38,872 nt of DNA from Proteromonas lacertae (Eukaryota), in contig NGBS01000885.1 of NCBI GenBank assembly GCA_002245135.1, positions 124,001-162,872 of the forward strand. Reading direction: 5' to 3'. The translations under genes and the position numbers were made by a program. Positions 1 to 12,305 of this stretch are shown piece by piece. Positions within the stretch are counted from its first letter, which is position 1; each line of letters starts with the position of its first letter. The notes under the pieces were generated by a model. The model searched no databases and was not told the DNA's origin. It worked only from the letters and a program-made list of their open reading frames with translations.

Positions 1-1
1 C

Positions 2-1494
2 ACTACAAATAGTGGATGGTATTACTTTGTAAATAATGGAAGTAGAACAAAGAATATTCCAAGAATATATAACAATAAGAATGGATTTATAAAAGGTAGA
101 AATTCTCTTCGTTCTTATAATGGTTTGGACTTTTCTTTTACTAAAGTTTGTTATGGTGATAATGGTTTTAAATGTATAAATGTGAGTATTAATCTAGTTG
201 ATTATCCTGATTTGTCCAGCTATTATTATTTTAATACAAATGTTACTAGAATTAAAATAGGTGATAATAGTCAAAAAGTAGAATATTTAGGAATAAAAAA
301 TGTAATATATGGTGATAATATTGAAATTCCAGAAGGAGGAAGAGTTTATATAACTGATTTATTTGGTAATGAGAAGGATATAAAAATTAATAACAAAGAT
401 TTTGTCCAGTTTTTTCCAACGTTAGAAACAGATGGATTTGCTGAAGGAGCTGTAGTAGTAAAAGATAAAAGTGGAAAAGTAACATATTATGACAGTTTTA
501 CTGTTTATCATCAAGAAAATGGAAATAGAGTTGCAATAGAGTATGAAGATGATGGAAAGTTTATACTATCTCCAGCAGTAATGCCAGATGATGAACATTC
601 TACTACTACATCAATGTTATATCCAGTGACATTCAAAGCTAATAATTGGTATAATTATCCAATCCTAAGATTGGATTATAATGATTATGTGTTTGTAGAT
701 TTTCGAGGAAATGTTCCTTATGATTTAAAAATTGCAATAGAAACAGATATGGGAGAATATAGTCGAGATTTAAACGCTATGGGTGGATTAAGTAGTGTGT
801 CTTATAAACTAACATTTAAAGAGCTGAATAGAGCAACAAGTGGATGGGCAGAAATAGATAGAATAAAATTCAATAAAGATGTTGAAATTCAAAATATAAG
901 ACCAATATATCTTAACAAAATAGGAAATCAAATGGAGTCTGTTTATGCTAAAACAAATTCATTCGATTATGATGGATATAAATATACATTTGATTGTCCA
1001 TACTACAGAAAATATTATATTTATAATAAAGTGAGTATTGATATAAATGGATATACTTTTTCATTTAATACGACAACATCTAAATACATTGTGGATAGTT
1101 TAGTATATCCTACTATTCATCCAACAACAACATTAAAACCAACTACTTTATCTCCAACTTCATTACCTACATCAACATCAATAGATCCTACTTTTACTCA
1201 ACCAACGAACTTCCAACCATCTGATAATAATGATTATACCGATTCTAGTAATTATGATACTAATCCTTCTAATCCTCATAATTCTTCTGATTCAAATGGT
1301 AATTCTGATTCAGATGGTAATACTGGTTCAAAAGAATTTGATATGACAATTTTTTAATTGGTGTAGCAGTTGGTGTAGTAGTTGTTTTATTGGTTATATT
1401 ATTAATTGGATGTATAATATATAGAATGAAAGCAGTGAAAAGAGCAACATCAAAGGAAGTTTCAGTGAAAACTACTATTAAATATAATGTATGA
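2..1494 (+). CDS. 5'-partial type I cell-surface protein (ectodomain, Pro/Thr/Ser-rich stalk, C-terminal TM helix) with a frameshift at a T6 run
   Basis: Frame is open from base 2 to TAA at 1355-1357 and ends in a PTTTLKPTTLSPTSLPTS stalk. One extra T in the T6 run (1350-1355) continues it into IGVAVGVVVVLLVILLIGCIIY-RMKAVKR, a TM helix plus basic stop-transfer, ending at TGA 1492-1494. Confidence 0.7.
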
Positions 1495-1648
1495 TATATT
1501 CAAATTGACTATTGAGGTTATATTTATTTTCATACTCTTTAATTAACATACTTCCAAAAAATAATTTATATACATTATACTAAATGATTTATTTATAAAT
1601 ATGTATATATCATAATTATTTACATTAAATATCTAACACAAACAGAAT

Positions 1649-2010
1649 CTAAGCAAAGAATTCTGTGTCTATATCATTCACACAGCTTTCATCTTCTTCC
1701 TCTTTCTTCATCATCATTTTAATATGACTTGAATACATCAATCTCTTGGGAGAAACTGTATCACTTTTATTATACACAATAGAAGGCTTTTTCACTAAAT
1801 TATTGTTCAATTCAAATGAACTTTTATTATTTAAATAACTACCATTATTCTTTAACACGTTTGATTTTTGCTGTTTATTCTCATTATATTCTTTCAATTC
1901 TCTTTCTTTTTCTTTAAAGGAATCTGCATTAATTATTACTCCAGGAAGTGTATCTTGTTGAATTTCTTGAGCATTGTTATTATTATTGTATATCTTTGAA
2001 TAAATTTGAC

Positions 2011-2042
<32 letters not shown>

Positions 2043-3654
2043 TTTATGGATGATTTTTTTGTTTTTGAATGAGTTGAGAATGTAGAAGTTTCATTACTTT
2101 CTTTATAATCATTATTTAATGAAGTCATATGAATATTTTGATTATTATTAATTGACATTTGATTATTATTATTATTTTGAGATAAAGGAGTAACATAAGT
2201 TGATTTATCACTTAATAACCATGAAGAATAATCTTTAGTTGTTGTATTTTCACTACTTTCAAAATTCCTGCCATTTCTTCCACTAGAGGAATAATCAGTA
2301 TCATCATCATCATCATCATCTTCATCTTCATCATTATTATTATTTTCACTCGTTCCATCTGTTTTATTACTACTCTCTGTAGAAGATGGATATATTTTAT
2401 TATTGTGCTTTTTATTACGAAGTTTTGAATTGGATGATTCACTTTCTGTTGTTTTTCTGTTCTTATTCTTTTCATCATTATTATTAATATCTTTATTATC
2501 AGCTTTATTAGTTTTATTATTATTATCACTTCCTACTTTATCTTTTTTCTCATTTTTCTTATCTTTACCTTCTTCTTCTTCTTCTTCTTCTTCTTCTTCT
2601 TCTTTTACTACATTCAATGTCTTTTTATGATGTTTAGAAGTATTATTATTCGTGTGATTCGTATGTGAACTAAATCTACTTCTTCTATGATTTGTACTGT
2701 TTTCATTATTATTTATCCTTGCAATTTCCTTAAATCTTTGTTTTACTACACTTACTAATGAATATAATGATATATTCTTATCTTCTGGAGTGATTTCAAA
2801 ATCATAATAATATGGGTTTGACTTAAGAAATAATTGATTTCTAATATACTCAACACAACTGCCATGGGGAAATAATCCATTGTGACATAATCTATATAAA
2901 CGAATTTCACCTATATTCCTTAGACGGATGGATATTGACTTGGAGATTTCGAAGGTTAAAAGATATCTTTGACAATGTCTTCGAAATTCTAATAATGGTG
3001 AGAAAGGACGAGGGATTTGTTGAATTAATTCACTTAAATCTGTTACATTCAACATATTGGAGTTGTTCCTATGAAGTTTAAAATTATTCAATTATAATTT
3101 ATACATATCAAGTCTTTTAAAGCAAATTGAAATTGCTTCTTCTTTGGAATATTGCTCTGATGGTTTATTTATAGAAAAGATAAATGCATAAATATCAATA
3201 AGGGATAATGAAGAGCCAAAACCAAAGAGGGTTAAGTAAAGATCTATAAATACGGTAATTGGTGTGGCTCCATTGATTAAAGTTAATATAAAAAAGTCAT
3301 TCCAGCTAAATAACTCAGTTTCTAAGATTTATATAAATACTGTAGAAAATACTATAATAGGATTTAAGTCTTGCTGAAAAACGATTAACTGGTAATTTTA
3401 TAAAGTTCAAAAAGGTAACTATATTAAAAGGTTTATTATTTGACATTCTACAATATAACATAGAAGAAAAATACACCATAAGGTTTAAATAAGCATATCT
3501 AATTCGTTTAATCTCCTCATATTGTACTAGCAATATAAACCAAAATAATATACAATGAAAAACTTTGGCATATGCTACACTCTCACTAGATAATTCATAT
3601 TCTTTGATAAAGTCATTCTAATGCAATAAACAACAATATAATCTATACTGACAT
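1649..3654 (-). CDS. EF-hand-like protein with a long low-complexity (N/E/D/Q/S-rich) C-terminal tail
   Basis: Model: ATG at 3654 and four short GT-AG introns (3618-3648, ~3527-3554, ~3322-3352, 3069-3104). Splicing the last one gives FKRLDMNNSNMLNVTDLSELI, an EF-hand-type loop, and joins ORF 1649-3091. Confidence 0.6.
2017..2603. repeat. Coding trinucleotide microsatellites (TTG)n, (TCA)n, (TTA)n and (TTC)n
   Basis: Visible directly at ~2018-2043, ~2301-2333 and ~2569-2603. They encode poly-Q, poly-D, poly-N and poly-E in the minus-strand gene. Confidence 0.9.
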
Positions 3655-3977
3655 AAAAAAAATTGATTTAAATAATAACGATTTAAAACGGGTGTGTGAA
3701 AAAATGATTTTTGAAAAGACTGTATTATTGAATGTATTTCTGTTGTTCAAGAAACAGAAGGGATGAAATAACAGCTTCATATGCATGATTACACCCAAAT
3801 AAACTACAATACAATATATTTAAATTAAAAGAACGAAAATAATTCTTATTTTTTTAAAGAAAACAGTAAAAATAGTAAAAATGGAAAATTAATATACATA
3901 AACATTTATATTAGAAGAATATACTAACCTAATCACTTTTTATTCATAATCAAACCTTCAAGCTTATTTTTTATAAA

Positions 3978-4906
3978 ATGAGTGATTATTCATCATTGCT
4001 GCCTTCAGATAAAATAAAAGATTATGAAAATGAATACTATATATACCATAGTGTTCAATCACATATTAGTACAATTGATGAAAGAGGTAGAGCAACAGAG
4101 AAGCTAAATATGGGTATGCCTGATATGCTGTATGGTAAGAATGAATTATCAATAAAAAGTAAAACAAAAGATTTTGAATTAAATGTATAATATTTAATAA
4201 TTGAAAAGATTACCTCAATCTAATAATTTTATAGTTTAATCCATATGATGCATTAGACAAATGTCACGAATATTTTGAGAAATATCCAGAAGTCAAAGTA
4301 ATTGAAGCAGAAAGTTGGAAAATAGCAAAACAGAATTTCAAAGAACTTCCACACAACTACGATTGGACCTATTCAACCACCTATTTAGGAACATTTAAAG
4401 GAAGTTGTAAATATGAATTAATAGAAAATAGTGGAAGGTTACCTATGGATAAACTCACAGATACAACTGATAAAGTTGAGTTTTTTGATTCATTGTATTT
4501 ATATGAAGATGAGTTATGTGATAATGGTGAAGTTACTTTAAATGTAAAAATTGTAAGTTTTTTATCACTAATTCTAAATAGAGAGTAATGTCAAGTTATA
4601 TCTTCATATTACAGAGATATTTCATGCAGTTAAGAGATGTTATCATTAGAGTGATTGATACACGTTATTATATTATATCATTTTTGTTTAATTCAGTTAG
4701 ATTTTCTTTAATTTTGCTGTTTTACCCATTTGAAGGAGATATTATTCGTGATGTTTGTATTAGAGAGAAGATTGTATGATTTTTTGATGTTATTTCTTGC
4801 ATAGATAACCGGAAATCCATCTTATAGTCAATTAATCAAAGTGGATGAGAGATACCTTGAAATTGATCTTATTAGTGAAAAAACAGATACTATTCGTTTA
4901 TTATAA
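3978..4906 (+). CDS. TIPRL: TIP41-like PP2A-family phosphatase regulator
   Basis: Spliced translation gives MPDMLYGKNEL, YDWTYSTTYLG, LPMDKL, FFDSLYLYEDELCDNG, VKIRVM and IRVIDTRYYIPF, which match TIP41 family motifs. Introns: 4185-4234, ~4553-4581, 4675-4725 (AT-AC), ~4774-4804. Confidence 0.9.
4675..4725 (+). other. Candidate U12-type AT-AC intron in TIP41 (51 nt)
   Basis: 5' ATATCATT, branch-like TTCTTTAAT, 3' TTTTAC. Removal gives DTRYYI|PFEGDIIRD, the normal TIP41 spacing. Retention inserts 17 hydrophobic residues in frame. Confidence 0.65.
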
Positions 4907-5153
4907 TATATAATTATGTGTTTTAATTGAGATTTGTGTGATTGTAATATTGAACTGTTGTTCTTCCTATAATTACATTTATGCAAGCAGCTTAAAGAGA
5001 TTACAAAGTGTATATCAAGTAAATAAAGTCTGAATGATAGTGTAAAGTGTGTTTTAATCTTTTGCATTTTAGAATAAAAAATTAAATAGGAATTTTAGTA
5101 TTTAAATTTCTCGAAACTACTAATCTGTTATTTTAAATAATTCAAAATTTCTT

Positions 5154-6247
5154 ATGGATTTCTTAAAGAGAGGTATATTGATGGGTATAATATTAACTAG
5201 GTAAGCTTGATTTATTCCTTCCAGCTGCTTATTTTCAATTAGCTGCTAATGGTATAGATTTTATGAATTTATTATTATTTAGTCTTTATTGATGTTGAAA
5301 AAGGTAAGGGTAAAGAATTAACACCTGAGTTTTTCAGTAGTTTCTCAGCCATTGCCGCAGTGATTTTATTTGCAGTTGCTTTAGTTTACAATCTAATCTC
5401 TTATGTATTAGACATGAAGAAATTATTTTCAGATTTACAAGATCCCAAAGAAGTAAACAAATTCTTTTTAATTCCTTTATACTTAGGTTTATTCTCTCAG
5501 TACTTTCCTAAAACCAATTCATTTAAAGATGATTCAAAAAGTGGAATGGACACAATGAGAGCCATTTGTTATATTCATGTTATTTTCAGTTTGATAGTTT
5601 TATTGGTTTACTTATGGTTTTTCAGTTTGAAACATATCAATTTAACCATCGCAATTCCAGCCTATAGTTTTAAATCAATAGCAGGAGGAATAGATAGAAT
5701 GGCTGCTGCTTGTACAGGAGATAATTCAAAATATGCAGCTGGATGGTATGATACAGGGTTTTTAATGGCAGGAATTGGTAATTTTGCATTGTTATTATAT
5801 CTTGCCTTTGTAGTAGGTAAAGCAGTTCAAGGAGATGCTGAAGCATTAACACCAGTTTTAACATTCTCATCTTTAACCATTGTTACATACACAATGTTCC
5901 CAGGATTTGGATTTTTGGATAAATCTCAAGCTTACTATCTTGGTGCAATCTTCTGGTTATGCATTTTGGGTGATTTTAAGAAATATGCATTATTACAAAT
6001 AATAATGAGAAGTTATTATCAATGGATGTGGATAGCTGCAGCAACTGGAATTAATATGTTACATGCATATAGATATGATGGTTTATCTCCTGATAGAAAA
6101 ATGTACAAAGTAGTTGTACAAATCTTATTATACATTGGTTGGGGTATAGGCATAGTAATGATTGTGTTTATGGTTCTTCACATTTTATTTGCTAAGAAGC
6201 AGAACTTAGCTCAAAAATTCACTGCAGCTGCAACTACTTCAGTTTAG
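5154..6247 (+). CDS. ~10-TM SLAC1/TehA (TDT family)-like anion channel/transporter, copy 1
   Basis: ATG at 5154 (MDFLKR|GKLDLFLPAAYFQLAAN|VFIDVE), two short GT-AG introns, then ORF 5360-6247. About 10 hydrophobic segments. FSDLQDPKEVNKFFLIP resembles the TDT/SLAC E..HP...NFF..P motif. The family call is from motif memory. Confidence 0.65.
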
Positions 6248-6516
6248 TCAGACTATGAATAATACACTTGAGTTTGAAATTGTTTATTAGGGTAAATGTG
6301 ATTACATTGATATTGAAAGAATTTTTCAAATCAATACGAGTATTATATTATTCTAAATATTCATATATCACATTATATTATACTAATATCATCTGAATGA
6401 TAGTGTAAAGTGTGTTTTAATCTTTTGCATTTTAGAATAAAAAATTAAATAGGAATTTTAGTATTTAAATTTCTCGAAACTACTAATCTGTTATTTTAAA
6501 TAATTCAAAATTTCTT

Positions 6517-7650
6517 ATGGATTTCTTAAAGAGAGGTATATTGATGGGTATAATATTAACTAGGTAAGCTTGATTTATTCCTTCCAGCTGCTTATTTTCA
6601 ATTAGCTGCAAATGGTATGTTTTTATTTATAATTCATTAGTGTTCATTTACTCAGAGAAATACACAGTTGAGGATGGGAAAGGATTGGCTCCTGAATTTT
6701 TCAGTAGTTTCTCAGCCATTGCCGCAGTGATTTTATTTGCAGTTGCTTTAGTTTACAATCTAATCTCTTATGTATTAGACATGAAGAAATTATTTTCAGA
6801 TTTACAAGATCCCAAAGAAGTAAACAAATTCTTTTTAATTCCTTTATACTTAGGTTTATTCTCTCAATACTATCCTCACACCGATTCATATAATGGTGAT
6901 AGTGGAAAGAACATAATGAGTGCCATTTGTTATATTCATGTTATTTTCAGTTTGATAGTTTTATTGGTTTACTTATGGTTTTTCAGTTTGAAACATATCA
7001 ATTTAACCATCGCAATTCCAGCCTATAGTTTTAAATCAATAGCAGGAGGAATAGTATATATGGCTGATAAAACAGATGATATTAAATATAGACCAGGTTG
7101 GGAAGATACTGGTTCATTAATGGCAGGAATTGGTAATTTTGCATTGTTATTATATCTTGCCTTTGTAGTAGGTAAAGCAGTTCAAGGAGATGCTGAAGCA
7201 TTAACACCAGTTTTAACATTCTCATCTTTAACCATTGTTACATACACCATGTTAGGTGATCTAGGATTTTTAGGTAAAGATTTGTCATTTGGAGGTAAAG
7301 AGGTGGTAATATATGAAAATGGTACTAAATACTATTTAGCAGCAATTTTCTGGTTATGCATTTTGGGTGATTTTAAGAAATATGCATTATTACAAATAAT
7401 AATGAGAAGTTATTATCAATGGATGTGGATAGCTACAGCAACTGGAATTAACATGTTACAAGTATATCACTATGTTAAAACAGGAATATTTTTAGAGAGA
7501 AAAATGTACAGAGTGGTTTGTCAGATATTATTATACGTTGGTTGGGTAATTGGAATAGTAATGATTGTGTTTATGGTTCTTCACATTTTATTTGCTAAGA
7601 AACAGAATTTAGCTCAAAAATTCACTGCAGCTGCATCGACCTCAGTATAA
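6517..7650 (+). CDS. SLAC1/TehA-like transporter, copy 2
   Basis: Same exon structure and near-identical TM segments as copy 1, with different loops. Confidence 0.65.
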
Positions 7651-8409
7651 TAAGCACTTTGAATAATACACTTGAGTTTAAAATTGTTTATTAAGTTAAA
7701 TGTGATTATAATGAAATTGAAAGAATTTTTCAAATCAATATGAGTTTTTTATTATTCGAAATATTCATATATCACATTATATTATAAAAATAATGTCTGA
7801 ATGTGTGTTTTAATCTGTTTTAGAATAAAAAACTTATAGTCCAAATTCTATTCAAGCTCATACACTTTTTTATACAAATAAATACCATATATATAGTTAT
7901 TAAAGTCATATTTAGTAAGATTAGAATAATTTTTGAAATAATTCCATTCAACTTCAATTTGATATAAATACCCTCTTCCCTCAGTACTTGTGAGAAATTC
8001 TAGACATTTGTTGATTAAATAGGTGAACTACAACTTTACCATCTTTAAGTGTTTTTCTATCATTATATCATTAATTGTTGTTACACATTTGATGTAAGCT
8101 TAAGCAGTCATAGAAATTTTCAATTGCTACTACTCATTTTACTTTCAGATTGAAAGATAAATAACAATTCTAAAAAAAATTAGTTTTCATCAATTCTTTT
8201 AAAGTTGTCAGTTTAGAATTATTAAAACATCAAATCAGAGTTATATTCAAGTAAGTATACAGATAATATATTTTGATAGTCATTTAAAATGATGAATTTC
8301 TTGAAACGGCTAAATTTCTTATAAACCTGAGCTAAAGCTCTAAATTTTGACCATTGCCTTAGTATATAAATTTCTCGAATCTGTTATTTTAAATAATTCA
8401 AAATTTCTT

Positions 8410-9485
8410 ATGGATTTCTTAAAGAGAGGTATATTGATGGGTATAATATTAACTAGGTAAGCTTGATTTATTCCTTCCAGCTGCTTATTTTCAATTAGCT
8501 GCTAATGGTATAGATTTTATGAATTTATTATTATTTAGTATTTATTTATGCTGAAAAGGATGAAGATTTGACACCTGAGTTTTTCAGTAGTTTCTCAGCC
8601 ATTGCCGCAGTGATTTTATTTGCAGTTGCTTTAGTTTACAATCTAATCTCTTATGTATTAGACATGAAGAAATTATTTTCAGATTTACAAGATCCCAAAG
8701 AAGTAAACAAATTCTTTTTAATTCCTTTATACTTAGGTTTATTCTCTCAATATTACCCATTTACTGATTCATTTTATAAGAAAGGAGGAATGGATACAAT
8801 GAGAGCCATTTGTTATATCCACATAATTTTCAGTTTGATAGTTTTATTCGTTTATTTATGGTTTTTCAGTTTGAAACATATCAATTTAACCATCGCAATT
8901 CCTGCCTACAGTTTTAAATCAATTGCTGGAGGTATTGTTGTGATGACAAGTGCTTCAGATGCAAAATATGCGACTGGTTGGGAAGATACTGGTTCATTAA
9001 TGGCAGGAATTGGTAATTTTGCATTGTTATTATATCTTGCCTTTGTAGTAGGTAAAGCAGTTCAAGGAGATGCTGAATCATTAACACCAGTATTGACATT
9101 CTCATCTTTAACCATTGTTACATACACAATGTTCCCAGGATTTGGATTTTTGGATGAATCTCAAGCTTACTATCTTGGTGCAATTTTCTGGTTATGCATT
9201 TTGGGTGATTTTAAGAAATATGCATTATTACAAATAGTAATGAGAAGTTATTATCAATGGATGTGGATAGCTGCAGCAACTGGAATTAATATGTTACATG
9301 TTTATCACTACCTATATACAGCTGGATCTAATAGAAAAATGTACAAAGTGGTTGTACAAATCTTATTATACATTGGTTGGGGTATAGGTATAGTAATGAT
9401 TGTGTTTATGGTTCTTCACATTTTATTTGCTAAGAAACAAAACTTAGCTCAAAAATTCACTGCAGCTGCATCGACCTCAGTATAA
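8410..9485 (+). CDS. SLAC1/TehA-like transporter, copy 3
   Basis: Same exon structure. Sequence is a mosaic of copy 1-like and copy 2-like blocks. Confidence 0.65.
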
Positions 9486-9603
9486 TAAGCATTTTGAATA
9501 ATACACCTGAGTTTGAAATTGTTTATTTGTTGATTAAAACAAATTAAAAAGAAATAATTATCAAGCAAAGCTTGAACCTAAAAATATTTTTGAAAATTTC
9601 AAA

Positions 9604-11092
9604 ATGAATTTTTTGCAGAAGGGTATTGTTGTTTTCACTATATTTATAGGTGTTCTTGATCTATTTGTTCCAGGACTTTTTATGCAATATGCTGCTATAA
9701 GTATCACTTCTTAATTATCAACTAGTTTTTCAGCAAGCCGAAGATAAGGGGACAGAAGTAACAGAGCCATTTTTTTCATCATTTTGCGCTATTGTATCAG
9801 CTATATTTTCAATTGCTACTGTTTTGTTGATGATTTGCACTTATATAATGGATAAAAACGTATATATCAACAATATTAACATAAAATAGACATTACATCG
9901 TGATTTATTCACTACACAAGCAAACAAATTCTTCTATTTACCATTATACCTCGGTTTATTCTCTGTATATTACAAATTAACAGGAGATTCAAGAACAGAT
10001 GATGGTAAACTTATTTTAAAAGGAATTTGTTATGTAACAATCCTGCTCAATTTATTAATGATTTTTACTTATCTAATGGCATTTAGTAGGAGAAACTTCA
10101 GTTTATCAATATCCATACCTGCATTAAGTATATTTAAATATATATAATATTGATAGGTTTTTATATGGTAAAAGATGCAATTAAAGCAGTTGTTAAAGAT
10201 AGTAGTGATGAGTATAAACCAGGTTGGAATGATGCAGCTGATTGTATGAATGGAATTGGAATGTTTTTATTGGTTGTTTATATTGCAGTAATTGTCGCTC
10301 ATATATTAAAAGAAGGTAGTGAAAAGAGTGATAATTTAACACTCCAAATTGCGAATAATGGAGTTGAAGAGATGAAAGTGATCAAACAACATCCTGTATA
10401 TATATATATAATAAATATTATTTTTTCAATTTTTATAGTGTTTAATATTTTCATCGTTAACAATCACCACTTATCTTGCATTTGCTGATTTAGGAATATT
10501 CAATTTAATTCAATCATATTATTTATCATCTTTATTCACCATTTGTACAATTGGTACTTGCTATTCTTATTTTCTACATCATTATAAAACTAAGCAATTT
10601 AGATATACTGAATATATGTATATTTGTACAGCCATTGGAATGAATATGACACATTTATTCAATTATAAATTTTATAATCAAAAACATGAAAGGGAAATGT
10701 ATAAAGTTATATGTCAAATATTAATCTATATTGGATTTATAATGGCAATAATCAACTGTATTTTATATATAGTTTATATCGCAATTGGAGAACCAATTGA
10801 TTATGAAAAGAAAGAAATCGAAGAAGAAAAGAAAATGAAAATAATTAAACATGCAATTGTAGTAAGAAGAACTGTTGTTTCTGTGAATTATTCAGCTCAA
10901 AGAAGTCGACCAATTGCTATGTCTATAGGTTCTCAAGCTGGTGGCTTGCCTCCACAAAGAAGTCGTCCTGTGGCTGCTTCGATAGATGTGCCAAGACGTG
11001 GAAGACCAGTTGCTAATTCGATTGATGTTCCGAAAGTTAGTCATGGACCACAGCCTAAACGACCTAGACCACGTGTTGGAACTGTAGCATAA
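9604..11092 (+). CDS. Divergent fourth paralogue of the transporter with an Arg-rich repetitive C-terminal tail
   Basis: MNFLQK|GVLDLFVPG start has the same first two intron positions. Shared motifs: NKFFYLPLYLGLFS, LSISIPA, YKPGWND, FSSLTITTY, REMYKVICQILIYIG. Five GT-AG introns give a continuous frame. Confidence 0.7.
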
Positions 11093-11189
11093 CAACAAAG
11101 ATAAAAAATAAACAATAAACAATAAATGTAATTAATTATTAAATTAAGTTATAAATATATATAATTTCTATTGAAGGAAAGTTTTATGA

Positions 11190-11743
11190 TTATTTATATT
11201 GGTCTATTAGTTCATTTAATGCGTTTTTAAACATATCATTTATTTCACCTGAAAAAGGAAGTGGATTATTTGGATTGTATATCTTCACGGTGTGTTTATT
11301 TGGATCAGGAATAAAATCATCTAATTTCTTATCATCTGGATCATCATTTACTATTTTATCAATCACTTGTTCTAGTATTTCGACTTTTCTTTCTTCATCA
11401 TCTTTTTCATTATTATTTTCTTTTTCATTAGTTGTAGATTGTGATTTATTAGTCTGACTCTTTGGTTCCGCTACTTTCAATTCTACACTTTGCCATTCAT
11501 CTTCTTCTGTTTTCGGAATAAATACAGTTTCACAATTTATATTGTTTTCTTCCTATTGTGCACAATATAACTTAAAAATACAGGACATAACTGTTGAAAT
11601 AGTAGTATATCATCTGTTACATCTACATCTAAATTATCATCTTCAAACCAAAAGCTTTCAATGTTTCTTGCTATTTTTAATGTATTAGATAAAGAAATAC
11701 ACATGATTTTAATAAATACGAAACGATCAATTTTTTGAAACAT
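11190..11743 (-). CDS. Small acidic protein of unknown function (start uncertain, 11743 or ~11704)
   Basis: A 29-nt GT-AG intron (~11552-11581) joins ORF 11537-11743 in frame to EENNINCETVFIPKTEEDEWQSVELKVAEP and ORF 11190-11480. Confidence 0.55.
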
Positions 11744-11774
11744 TTTTTAAATTTTGAAATAAATAGCTAATTAG

Positions 11775-12101
11775 ATGTCTGTATATTTTATCATTTGTTA
11801 ATTAATTATTATATAGGATAGTAATCTTAATGATGTTATTGGATTTCAAAATAGATTAGATTTAATTGATGAAGAATGGTTACACGATACTCTTGAAGAT
11901 GATGGTATATTAGTCAGATTATTTATGTACAATAGATGTTGTTTTACCCCAGAATATTACTATTCCTCAGGAAATAATTGACTTGAGTATATTTCTCATT
12001 ATTATTCCATTTAAATAGCTGATCCATTTCCTAAACAACACGAAAAAACAAAATATATATTAGAACTAAAAATGAATCCAATAATCCAACTCAAATCATA
12101 A
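11775..12101 (+). CDS. ANAPC13: Anaphase-promoting complex subunit 13 (APC13/Swm1)-like; absent from the ORF track
   Basis: Four exons with three GT-AG introns: MS|DSNLNDVIGFQNRLDLIDEEWLHDTLEDD|DVVLPQNITIPQEIIDL|TDPFPKQHEK...LKS*. LDLIDEEW..D.L..DDV.LP matches the APC13 signature, and the size (~75 aa) fits. Confidence 0.8.
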
Positions 12102-12139
12102 AAATCAATAATAATTAATAAAATAATAACAAATGTCAT

Positions 12140-12273
12140 TTAATTACTCTTATTTTCTATTTGTACAGCTTCTCTAAAAGCGATATAAACAAATCCACCA
12201 TAAATAATCACAATGAAAAATCTACAGAAAAATTCTAGCCATGGATCAAATGATAGAGTCTTTGTAATACCTC

Positions 12274-12305
<32 letters not shown>

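Larger units (their letters stand above)
5029..9530 (+). repeat. Tandem triplication of a transporter gene with flanks (first unit 1,363 bp)
   Basis: TCTGAATGATAGTGTAAAG at 5029 and 6392, with a degenerate copy at ~7796. Start regions at 5154, 6517 and 8410 are identical and the 3' UTRs are similar. Confidence 0.95.

Noticed and set aside
1349..1357. Programmed -1 ribosomal frameshift at TTTTTTA
   Set aside because: The phase (ATT TTT TAA) does not match X XXY YYZ, and no stimulatory structure is evident.
2212..2630. ORFs 2212-2529 (-) and 2403-2630 (+)
   Set aside because: Alternative-frame or antisense readings of coding microsatellites.
4185..4234. 50-nt TIP41 intron 1 as U12-type (TACCTCAAT looks branch-like)
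   Set aside because: The donor GTATAATA lacks the U12 consensus, so support is insufficient.
5670..9105. Short antisense ORFs in the transporter copies
   Set aside because: Shadows of the plus-strand genes that recur only because the genes are duplicated.
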